Below are positions 16,831-24,202 of a stretch of DNA of 24,202 bases, in pieces; the stretch's first letter is position 1, and each line of letters begins with the position of its first letter. The position numbers and the translations under genes are program-made. Location: the IMG/VR virus record IMGVR_UViG_3300012682_000229, positions 1 through 24,202 of that record; one strand, written 5' to 3'. This stretch comes from a virus. Lineage: Duplodnaviria; Caudoviricetes. Under the pieces are notes generated by a model. The model worked only from the letters and a program-made list of their open reading frames with translations, was not told the DNA's origin and searched no databases.

Positions 16831-16844
16831 GTAACACGTATACT
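16816..16844 (+). promoter_or_regulatory. Sigma70-type promoter, repeat copy 3
   Basis: TTGACA-17 bp-TATACT; spacer begins ACAGGATA. Confidence 0.85.
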
Positions 16845-16898
16845 TCAGGCATGAGGTTGAGGCAAGGGCCACCAACCAGCACACGAAGGGCAAGCACC

Positions 16899-17192
16899 AT
16901 GACCACCACCACCACTGTTCCCCAGTTCGTTTGCTCCATCTGCCACTGCACGATTATCGGCCAGCTTGGGTCCGTCTGCGACGACTGCGTGGATGAGATG
17001 GAGGACGAAACGCTGACCGTCGAGCAGTACGGAGCGGCGATCCGCGATCAGTTCCCGACCGCTACGAGCATCGCCTTCGAGGGCGCGGTCGAGCAGACCG
17101 GCGACGAAGACCTGATGACCTTTATGAGCTACGGCTTCCGGGTCAGCCTCACGAGCGGTCAGCAGTTCGACATTGTGATCACCGCGCGATAG
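16899..17192 (+). CDS. Hypothetical early protein with CxxC...CxxC
   Basis: Conserved leader then ATG 16899; CSIC...CDDC. Confidence 0.75.
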   Translation: MTTTTTVPQFVCSICHCTIIGQLGSVCDDCVDEMEDETLTVEQYGAAIRDQFPTATSIAFEGAVEQTGDEDLMTFMSYGFRVSLTSGQQFDIVITAR

Positions 17193-17201
17193 GCAACCAC
17201 G

Positions 17202-17230
17202 GGCGCCGGGCGGTTATCCCGCCCGGCGCC
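17202..17230. other. Perfect 12-bp intergenic stem-loop
   Basis: GGCGCCGGGCGG-ttatc-CCGCCCGGCGCC; no U-tract. Confidence 0.7.
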
Positions 17231-17251
17231 AACACGGAAGGAACGACACCC

Positions 17252-17698
17252 ATGACTGACGGAACAGCGCAGGCGAGCGTGATGGACCAGTACGAAGCGC
17301 TTCAGCAGATGCTCGACGACCTACGCGATCTGGGATTGCAGGTCACGCGAGACCATGAGACGCGGCTGACGGCGCTGGAGCGGGCAGCCACACCGGAGGC
17401 CAGCGAAGATCCGAAGCACCTCATCAGGCCCCGGTCGCTGAGCGATCTTGCCGTGGCGGCACCAGGCGCCTTGACGATGTCCGGCGCCTCCGTGACCGGC
17501 TCGTTCACACTCGGCAATGTGGACAACGAAGGCATCGAAGAACTCATCAACCCGTCGAACCCGTGGGAAGATGAGGCGGTGTGGGAAGCTGCGGTAAACG
17601 TCTACGCCGAAACGACGCCTGACGATAGTCGGGACTTCAAGGCGATCGTCAAGCTGGCGCTCGAAGCCGGGGCGACGCTGGAGAACTATCCCGGATGA
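17252..17698 (+). CDS. Hypothetical acidic protein with N-terminal coiled coil
   Basis: RBS GGAAGGA; DHETRLTALE heptad. Confidence 0.75.
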   Translation: MTDGTAQASVMDQYEALQQMLDDLRDLGLQVTRDHETRLTALERAATPEASEDPKHLIRPRSLSDLAVAAPGALTMSGASVTGSFTLGNVDNEGIEELINPSNPWEDEAVWEAAVNVYAETTPDDSRDFKAIVKLALEAGATLENYPG

Positions 17699-17711
17699 CT
17701 GACGAGAGCAC

Positions 17712-17740
17712 TTGACGACGGGATGAGATACGGGTATCCT
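17712..17740 (+). promoter_or_regulatory. Sigma70-type promoter, repeat copy 4 (more degenerate)
   Basis: TTGACG-17 bp-TATCCT; spacer begins ACGGGATG. Confidence 0.7.
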
Positions 17741-17778
17741 GCCGAGGCACGGAACGGAGGGAACGAACGGAGACCAGG

Positions 17779-18252
17779 ATGGTGACGATGACACGAGAAG
17801 AACAGCGCGCAACGGCCCAGCAGCTCTTCGAGCAGGGAGTAACGAAGGCGCAAATCGGGAGAATCCTAAAGGTGTCGCCGAGTGCGGTTGCGCGGTGGTT
17901 GCCGGCGGGATACCGGACCCCGGAAGATGCGACGCGGGCGGCGGTGATGCAGAAGATGCGTGATGAGGGCCAGACCTACGAAGCGATCGGCGCTGCCTAC
18001 GGCCTGACGAAGGCGCGGGTGGGTCAGATCATCGGCCCGAAGCGGCGCGTGGAGCGTGGGAAGACCAGGCACTTCAACCTGAGCGACGACCGCTGGCGGG
18101 CGCTGGAACAGACGGCCCACGGACTCGGCTTGACTTACGCCGACGGCAGCGAGGGTGGACGCGGGAACATCGTGTTGATGCTCGACGCGGTCGCGAAGGG
18201 CGAAATCGGCATTGCGTGGCAACCAGGTCACGGAGGAATGGGCGATGGGTGA
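17779..18252 (+). CDS. Tandem double-HTH DNA-binding protein
   Basis: GVTKAQIGRILKVSPSAVARWL and GQTYEAIGAAYGLTKARVGQII. Confidence 0.85.
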   Translation: MVTMTREEQRATAQQLFEQGVTKAQIGRILKVSPSAVARWLPAGYRTPEDATRAAVMQKMRDEGQTYEAIGAAYGLTKARVGQIIGPKRRVERGKTRHFNLSDDRWRALEQTAHGLGLTYADGSEGGRGNIVLMLDAVAKGEIGIAWQPGHGGMGDG

Positions 18253-18592
18253 CGCCCCGCGCAGCGTCCTTGTGGAGATTGAAGAACGCCTCCACGGCTA
18301 CTTCACCGGCGCTCCGGTCCCGGCCTGGGAGAACCCGAAGCACCGGATCGTGCGCGAGACCTGCGAGGTAGCGATTGCCCACGGCGTGACGGAGGACGAG
18401 CTGCGGGCGTGGGCGCTGCATCAGCAGGGCGAGCCGACGGTGGCGGTGTGCCGCGCGAACGCGCTCCGGGCACTCCAGACGCGATTGAAGATGCCGGGCG
18501 GTGTTGCGCGGTTCCGCAAGCGCCTGGCACGCGCCTCACCTGACAGCCTAGAATGGCCGACCACGCGACGAAGCCGACGAACAGGAGGGTAG
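18245..18592 (+). CDS. Hypothetical basic protein
   Basis: RBS GGAGG; overlaps the previous gene by 8 nt. Confidence 0.6.
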   Translation: MGDAPRSVLVEIEERLHGYFTGAPVPAWENPKHRIVRETCEVAIAHGVTEDELRAWALHQQGEPTVAVCRANALRALQTRLKMPGGVARFRKRLARASPDSLEWPTTRRSRRTGG

Positions 18593-18663
18593 CGCCATGT
18601 AACCGCACATCTGACCCGCACACGGGCACACAGCGAGCCGACAGCATACGAAGGGAACGCACA

Positions 18664-18816
18664 ATGTCAGCAGCACTACGCAGCACCACCGGCTTCTGCA
18701 TGAGCCGCGCCCGGATCGAGCGTGAGAAGGGCAACCTCCGCAGCACCTGCAAGTGGGTACGGATCGGCGGCTTCTTCAACACGGCGTCGATGCGGACCAG
18801 GCGCTACGGCCTGTAA
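18664..18816 (+). CDS. Small basic hypothetical protein
   Basis: Leader variant ACGAAGGGAACGCACAATG. Confidence 0.55.
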   Translation: MSAALRSTTGFCMSRARIEREKGNLRSTCKWVRIGGFFNTASMRTRRYGL

Positions 18817-18847
18817 CCGCGAACGCCACGCAAAGCAGGAGGTGGGA

Positions 18848-19078
18848 ATGACCGAAGCACCGCAAGAAATCGGTCCGACGACGGAATTCGAGGAGGTGAG
18901 TATGCACGAGATTCCCGAGGACGTGCTGGCCGCGCTCGTTGCCACGGGGCGCGAGTTTGCCGTGACCCGTAGCGTGACCTACAGTGTTGGGTACATGGAT
19001 GTCCCTGACGTTGATTACGACGAGCCAGGGATTGACATGGCCACTGGTCACCAGCCCCAACTTCGATACCGCGTCTAA
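18848..19078 (+). CDS. Small acidic hypothetical protein
   Basis: RBS AGGAGGTG before ATG 18848. Confidence 0.65.
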   Translation: MTEAPQEIGPTTEFEEVSMHEIPEDVLAALVATGREFAVTRSVTYSVGYMDVPDVDYDEPGIDMATGHQPQLRYRV

Positions 19079-19108
19079 AGAGCAACCAACCACGAAAGGC
19101 AACTACCC

Positions 19109-19306
19109 ATGACCGACGAAACACCGCAGGCGCCCGCTGAGAGCCTTGGCGATGACTACGTCCCGTTGACTCCGCCCGCCGCGCCGGAACGTCAGCAGCA
19201 ACCTGACCCGGCGCCAGAACCAGCCGGTGCCGACCCGGCCCGTGAACCTGTGAGCGATACGCGGGCAACGAAGGTCGGCGGCGCCAGGGACCAGCGGCCC
19301 GCCTAG
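19109..19306 (+). CDS. Small Pro-rich, probably disordered protein
   Basis: Leader variant CACGAAAGGCAACTACCCATG. Confidence 0.6.
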   Translation: MTDETPQAPAESLGDDYVPLTPPAAPERQQQPDPAPEPAGADPAREPVSDTRATKVGGARDQRPA

Positions 19307-19410
19307 CCAGACGACAACAACCGAGCGAACCATGAAACTTCCCCTGTCCGGCAGAAGTGCTAGGATAGGGGGAGTGTCGTTAGTGGCGGATTAGTGGCGG
19401 AGTAGCGGCA

Positions 19411-20058
19411 ATGAGCGAAGCTTGGCAGAGCCGGATCGTGCGACGGGAGCACGCTGACCCCACGGCGCTGAAAGCCTCGCCCGGGAACTGGCGGGAGCAC
19501 GGCGTCGCGCAGATGGACGCGGCGGAAGCGGTGCTCGATGCCAGCGGGTGGGTCCGGGACGTTCTGGTCAACGCGCGGACGGGGCACATCGTGGACGGGC
19601 ATCTTCGCGTCTCCATCGCCATCCGGCGCCGCGAGCCGACCGTCCCGGTGACGTACATCGACCTGAGCGAGGCGGAGGAAGCGTTGGCCCTGAGTACCTT
19701 CGATCCGATTGCCGACCTGGCGTTGGCCGACGGCGGGAAGCTAGCCGCGTTGCGCGGAAAGATGCTCCAGGGCAACGCGATCCTGGATGCGCTGCTCCAG
19801 CGGGCGATGGGCGGCGCCGGAGCCGCGGATGACCTGCCGACGGGAACGCTTCCGTTCCGGGCGAATGCGTTGGAGACGTACGCGACCGGCGACCAGCGGC
19901 AAATCTACGTCCCGCTCACGGTGGACGAGTACCCAGCGGTGAGCCAGGCGATCGAGCGGATCAAGGCACAGCACGACTACCCGCGAAACACGGACGCGCT
20001 GATCTGGCTGTTGCGTGAGGACGCCACGGCGCACGCCGGCCAGTCGATAGGGACATAG
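19411..20058 (+). CDS. ParB/Srx-like N-terminal domain protein, paralog 1
   Basis: PGNWREH, GWVRDVLVN, IVDGHLRV, VPVTYIDL. Confidence 0.85.
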   Translation: MSEAWQSRIVRREHADPTALKASPGNWREHGVAQMDAAEAVLDASGWVRDVLVNARTGHIVDGHLRVSIAIRRREPTVPVTYIDLSEAEEALALSTFDPIADLALADGGKLAALRGKMLQGNAILDALLQRAMGGAGAADDLPTGTLPFRANALETYATGDQRQIYVPLTVDEYPAVSQAIERIKAQHDYPRNTDALIWLLREDATAHAGQSIGT

Positions 20059-20062
20059 AACC

Positions 20063-20785
20063 ATGACGGAGACGAGCACCTGGACTGACAGGATCACACG
20101 GACGGCCGACGTTGACCCGCGGACGCTGCACGCGAATCCCAGAAATTGGCGGCTTCATCCAACGGCGCAAAAGGCGGTCATGACGGACGTACTGGACGAA
20201 CTCGGTTGGCTCCAGGGCGTGCTCGTCAACGAGCGGAGCGGCCTCGTCATCGACGGACACATGCGGCTGGACCTGGCGGTACGGCAGGGGCAGCCAACGA
20301 TCCCCGTCAGCTACGTCGACCTGAGCGATCAGGAAGAGGCGACGGTGCTGGCGACCCTGAACCCGCTGGGCACGCTGGCCGACGCCAACGAACTAAAGCG
20401 ACTGGCGTTGCGGGAGAAGATTGCCACGGACCGCGAGACCTTGCGGCGCCTGGCGGGATTCACCGCGCCGCCGGGGCGCGTCGACGACGACCCGGAAGCG
20501 GACGATGATATTACGGATCGGACCGACCTGCTTCACGATCACACGCGGCTGATAGCGGAAGAGGACGTGGATCGGGATGACCTGGCGGAGAAGGTCTACG
20601 AAGAGGACCCGGAGAACGCCTACGCGGCAATGACGATCAAGACCGTGAACTTCATCATGCAAGTACACGAGTACGCGCCACTAATCGACGCCCTCGAAGA
20701 CCTCTGCGATCGGGAAGGGCTGGAGACGAACGCCGACGCGGTGATCTGGCTCGTGCGGCACTACGGACCGGAGGATGACCAGTGA
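20063..20785 (+). CDS. ParB/Srx-like N-terminal domain protein, paralog 2
   Basis: NPRNWRLHP, GWLQGVLVN, VIDGHMRL, IPVSYVDL. Confidence 0.85.
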   Translation: MTETSTWTDRITRTADVDPRTLHANPRNWRLHPTAQKAVMTDVLDELGWLQGVLVNERSGLVIDGHMRLDLAVRQGQPTIPVSYVDLSDQEEATVLATLNPLGTLADANELKRLALREKIATDRETLRRLAGFTAPPGRVDDDPEADDDITDRTDLLHDHTRLIAEEDVDRDDLAEKVYEEDPENAYAAMTIKTVNFIMQVHEYAPLIDALEDLCDREGLETNADAVIWLVRHYGPEDDQ

Positions 20786-21627
20786 CCGACCACACGCCAG
20801 TCGAACGGAAGATGCCGCGGCGCACGCTCGACCTGAAGGAGTACAAGAGCCGGCAGCCCGCGGAGGACGACTACACCGAACTGGTGACCGATTCGACGCT
20901 GATCTACAACGACGAAACCGGCGACCTCGAAATTGTGTACCTGATCTTGCAGGACGACACGACGGCGATCGAAACCGCGTTGCAGAGCGTCACATTCACG
21001 AAGAGCGTGCGCACCAGCGGCCTCATCACCACGAGTCGAGTCGTTGGCAACCAGCCGCGGAACCTGCCCCAACGCGACAATTGCAGTGCGGCGGAACTGG
21101 CGACGGAGAACCCGTCAGCGCACCGGGTTGTCGCTGAATACGCCGAACGCATCAGCGGTATTTACCAGCAGTACAACCCGGACATGTACGATCGCCACCG
21201 CGCGACGACGGAGAAGGTGCTGCCGCAGTGGCGCATGGAGGGCGGCGTCTTCACGAGCGGAATCATCAACCGCAACAACCCGCTCAGCTACCACTTCGAC
21301 GCCGGCAACTTCAAGAATGTCTGGAGCAACATGCTCGTGCTGAAGCGGGATATCAGCGGCGGCTTCCTGAGCGTTCCGGAATACGACTGCGCTTTCGCCC
21401 TGCCAAACAACAGCCTGCTGATGTTCGACGGCCAGAGCCTGCTCCACGGCGTCACGCCAATCGGCCGGCACAGCGACGACGCCTACCGCTTCAGCGTTGT
21501 GTTCTACAGCCTAAAGAAGATGTGGCAATGTTTGCCGATCACCGAGGAAGTCGTGCGGTTGCGTCGGACCCGTACGGAGCGGGAGCGCAACCGGGCGCGC
21601 GGCATTGCAAAGGTGACCGAAGCGTGA
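20782..21627 (+). CDS. TET/JBP-like 2-oxoglutarate/Fe(II) dioxygenase
   Basis: FTSGIIN, H171-F-D173 (YHFDAGN), H222 (LLHGVTP), R236 (RFSVVFY). Confidence 0.88.
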   Translation: MTDHTPVERKMPRRTLDLKEYKSRQPAEDDYTELVTDSTLIYNDETGDLEIVYLILQDDTTAIETALQSVTFTKSVRTSGLITTSRVVGNQPRNLPQRDNCSAAELATENPSAHRVVAEYAERISGIYQQYNPDMYDRHRATTEKVLPQWRMEGGVFTSGIINRNNPLSYHFDAGNFKNVWSNMLVLKRDISGGFLSVPEYDCAFALPNNSLLMFDGQSLLHGVTPIGRHSDDAYRFSVVFYSLKKMWQCLPITEEVVRLRRTRTERERNRARGIAKVTEA

Positions 21628-22511
21628 AGATTACCCAGGTGGAAGCAGACCTCGTGGTGTTCGCCCGATACCACGTCGCAACCGGCGATATCGACCCCGC
21701 CTACCCGGTGCTGCGAAACCTGATGGACCGATGGGCGTTGACCACGGAGGAACGACTGTGGCTCTTGACACTGCACCTTGCGTACTACCAGATCGGCAGC
21801 GCGATGACCGCGTTCGAGTGGACCGCGGGACGCCCGGCACGACGCTACCCAGATGCGATGCGCCGCCTGCCTTGCAATACGGAGCGCCGCGGATTGCGGG
21901 GCGGGAAGGTGGTGGACTACCTCGACGTCAGCGGGCAGATCACCGGCTACGGCACCCAGGAACGGTACTGGCTGGCGGGCCTTCCCGATGAGCCGGAACG
22001 AGCGTTCGATGTGGCCTGGGCGCGCGCCCAGGCCATCCCCTACAACGGACGCTGGGCTGCTTTCAAGTGGATCGACCTCCTGATGCACACGATGGACGCG
22101 CCGATCGTCATGCCGGATATGCGCCTGGAGCAATGCACGGGACCCCGGGAAGGGCTTGCGTGGCTGTACGGGATCGACGACGACGCTACGGACAGCCTGA
22201 CGATGGCCGGCGAAGATGTACGAGGACGGCTCGCCAGGAAGGGGCAAGCGCTCCCGTGGGATCAGGTGGAGACGGTCTTGTGTGACTGGAACAGTCTGCG
22301 GAAGGGGCGGTATTATGTTGGTAACGATATCGACAGCCAACTCCACGATCTTGAAACGGCAGGGGGTATACCCAATTGCTACGACGACGCGATGCATGCG
22401 CGACGGGAATCTTTCCCCGACGCTTACCTCGGCGAACGGCACGGCTGGACTGGCCCGGACCGGGAACGCAAGCGCGTGTACCGGGATACCGGCGTGGTGA
22501 TCTTGCGATGA
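21624..22511 (+). CDS. Amino acid:DNA transferase-like protein (aGPT-Pplase/ADDT family)
   Basis: GDIDPAY, TERRGLR, NGRWAAFKWIDL, GPREGL, VETVLCDWNSLRKGRYYVGNDID; GTG 21624 overlaps the dioxygenase stop. Confidence 0.82.
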   Translation: MKITQVEADLVVFARYHVATGDIDPAYPVLRNLMDRWALTTEERLWLLTLHLAYYQIGSAMTAFEWTAGRPARRYPDAMRRLPCNTERRGLRGGKVVDYLDVSGQITGYGTQERYWLAGLPDEPERAFDVAWARAQAIPYNGRWAAFKWIDLLMHTMDAPIVMPDMRLEQCTGPREGLAWLYGIDDDATDSLTMAGEDVRGRLARKGQALPWDQVETVLCDWNSLRKGRYYVGNDIDSQLHDLETAGGIPNCYDDAMHARRESFPDAYLGERHGWTGPDRERKRVYRDTGVVILR

Positions 22512-23413
22512 AGATCGTGGTGGTAGGAGGGGGATTCTGGGGAGCCGCGACGGCGCTAATCGCACGGAAGGCCGGCCATGAGGCGGTGCTGTTGGACGAC
22601 GGCAACCCGCACGGCGCCAGCCGGAACGCCGCCGGCATGGTCCACCCCGAGTGGTACAAGCGCGCAACCGGCGATATCTACCGGATACCAAACCACTGGA
22701 GCAAGGCACATATCACCGAGAGTATCGACTGGCTCGTGACGGAGTGGGGCGCGAGCGACGCCGGCGAACTATTCAGCAGTTATTACGCACCCGAACGATG
22801 GCGGCACAAGCCAGGCTTGCGGACCCTGCGCGACCCGATGCACATACTCCAGGCGGCCGAACCCGTACGGGCGCACGTCAGCCGTCTCGCCCGCGTCGCC
22901 CAGGGATGGGTGGCACAGACTACGACCGGCGACGTCTACGAGGCGACAGCCGTCATCCTTGCCACCGGCGCGTGGACCGATGACCTGCTCCGCGCCAGCG
23001 GCTACCCGGAACTCGGTGTGACGATCTTGCGCGGTCATGCGCTTGTCGTCGGTGGAACCTTCGCCACGGACATACCGATGACCCGCTACGTTGCTCCCTA
23101 TCGACATTACACACTGCGCCCGTGGCAGGAGCGCGGCCAATGGCGGCTCGGCGATACCGTTGAGCGCACGATCAGCGACGACCGTGCCGCCGCCACACTC
23201 GAAACCTTGCGCGCGTTCGGCGGCACGATGCTCCCCGACCTAGAAGAGCGCACGGTCCTGGACGGGTATCGCCCGATCTGGCCCAAGCGTGGGATGGGCA
23301 CAATACGAATCGACACGGGATTGATCGTGGCAACTGGCGGCCATCGAATCGGGCTGGGCGTCGCCGCCCTCGTCGCCCATGAAGCCCTCCAACGAACGGA
23401 AGAGAACGCATGA
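22508..23413 (+). CDS. FAD-dependent oxidoreductase (DAO/glycine oxidase-like)
   Basis: KIVVVGGGFWGAATA Rossmann motif, GASRNAAG, VILATGAW, GYRP, ATGGHRIG. Confidence 0.9.
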   Translation: MKIVVVGGGFWGAATALIARKAGHEAVLLDDGNPHGASRNAAGMVHPEWYKRATGDIYRIPNHWSKAHITESIDWLVTEWGASDAGELFSSYYAPERWRHKPGLRTLRDPMHILQAAEPVRAHVSRLARVAQGWVAQTTTGDVYEATAVILATGAWTDDLLRASGYPELGVTILRGHALVVGGTFATDIPMTRYVAPYRHYTLRPWQERGQWRLGDTVERTISDDRAAATLETLRAFGGTMLPDLEERTVLDGYRPIWPKRGMGTIRIDTGLIVATGGHRIGLGVAALVAHEALQRTEENA

Positions 23414-23946
23414 TACCCATGCTCTACATCATCGGCCCGTCTGGCAGTGGGAAGACCACCACGCTCACGCACCTCCTGGCCGGTATCCCTGCTACGGATA
23501 TACTCCAGCCCATCGCCCACACCGTCTATACCACCGGAGCGATCCAGCTCGGCAAGCGGCGTGGCACGTTCTCTGGCACCGACGCCCTGTCACTCGGCGT
23601 CCAACCGAAGGCCATCGACTTCTTGCGCACCATCAGGCCGACCGCGCTGATCGCCGAGGGTGATCGACTTGCCAACGATGCGTTCTTTCACGAGGCGATG
23701 CGCCAGGAATACGACTTGCACATCATCCTCTTGGACGTCGATAAACAAGAGAGCGCCCGACGCCGGGCACAACGCGAACACCCCATGAGCGCGAGCTTCG
23801 TCAAGGGCCGCGAGACGAAGGCCCACAACCTCGCCAACCTCTGGGACCATGCGACACGTATCATTGACGCGAGACAGGGTGTTGAGGACGTGGTTGCCGC
23901 CTTACGCGACGAACCAGCGATCCGTGCCGCACGCGGCGAACGGTAG
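23410..23946 (+). CDS. P-loop nucleotide kinase of the DNA-modification-associated type
   Basis: Walker A GPSGSGKTT, FSGTDALS, AEGDRL, RRAQR lid. Confidence 0.85.
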   Translation: MIPMLYIIGPSGSGKTTTLTHLLAGIPATDILQPIAHTVYTTGAIQLGKRRGTFSGTDALSLGVQPKAIDFLRTIRPTALIAEGDRLANDAFFHEAMRQEYDLHIILLDVDKQESARRRAQREHPMSASFVKGRETKAHNLANLWDHATRIIDARQGVEDVVAALRDEPAIRAARGER

Positions 23947-23987
23947 ACGCAAGCAACGTGTGAAACGCACGGGGATCAGGAACGTAT

Positions 23988-24202
23988 ATGACGAAGGTCC
24001 TTCCGGCACAATACGACGATAACGGGAAGCACATATGTGGGGCGAAAACGCAAGCGGGCGGACGGTGCCGGAGATTGCCCGTCAAGGGCAGGAACCGATG
24101 CAGTAAGCATTGGGGGAACCTGCAACGAGGCATCGCTCACCACCGGTATAAAACGGGTGAGCACAGCGCGCACATGCCGCCGTCGTACCGGGAGGACTAC
24201 GA
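23988..24202 (+). CDS. Partial HGGxSTG-like domain protein, probable terminase small subunit
   Basis: ATG 23988 reads MTKVLPAQYDDNGKHICGAKTQAGGRCRRLPVKGRNRCSKHWG...YKTGEHSAH and runs off the window. Confidence 0.6.
   Translation, partial: MTKVLPAQYDDNGKHICGAKTQAGGRCRRLPVKGRNRCSKHWGNLQRGIAHHRYKTGEHSAHMPPSYREDY

Noticed and set aside
6461-17740. Recurrent repeats as a CRISPR array or integron attC sites
   Set aside because: They are irregularly spaced, coincide with promoters and RBSs, and there is no cas or integrase gene.
19411-20785. ParB-like genes as a plasmid-prophage partition system
   Set aside because: There is no ParA or central HTH, and the context is DNA modification and packaging.

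Overview
A GC-rich window from a tailed dsDNA phage or prophage, with nearly all genes on the + strand. It covers the non-structural half of the genome. (1) 1-6225: end of a tail-type gene, then an unusually large lysis region with a membrane-anchored FixL-like PAS protein, a thermonuclease, a papain-like protease, an antisense HNH endonuclease flanked by a 9-bp direct repeat, a two-domain endolysin, a 21-aa membrane micro-ORF and an r1t-like holin. (2) About 6460-13000: small early/accessory genes behind a repeated sigma70-type promoter and a repeated start-associated leader. (3) 13200-16830: replication module (initiator with internal iterons, T7 gp4/Twinkle-type primase-helicase, VRR-NUC). 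(4) 19411-23946: a tightly coupled DNA hypermodification cluster (two ParB-like proteins, TET/JBP-like 2OG-Fe(II) dioxygenase, amino acid:DNA transferase-like protein, FAD oxidoreductase, P-loop kinase), followed by the start of a probable small terminase. The best candidates for new biology are the TET-initiated thymine hypermodification pathway and the orphan heme-type PAS sensor in the lysis region. All family calls come from motif recognition by eye; no searches were run.
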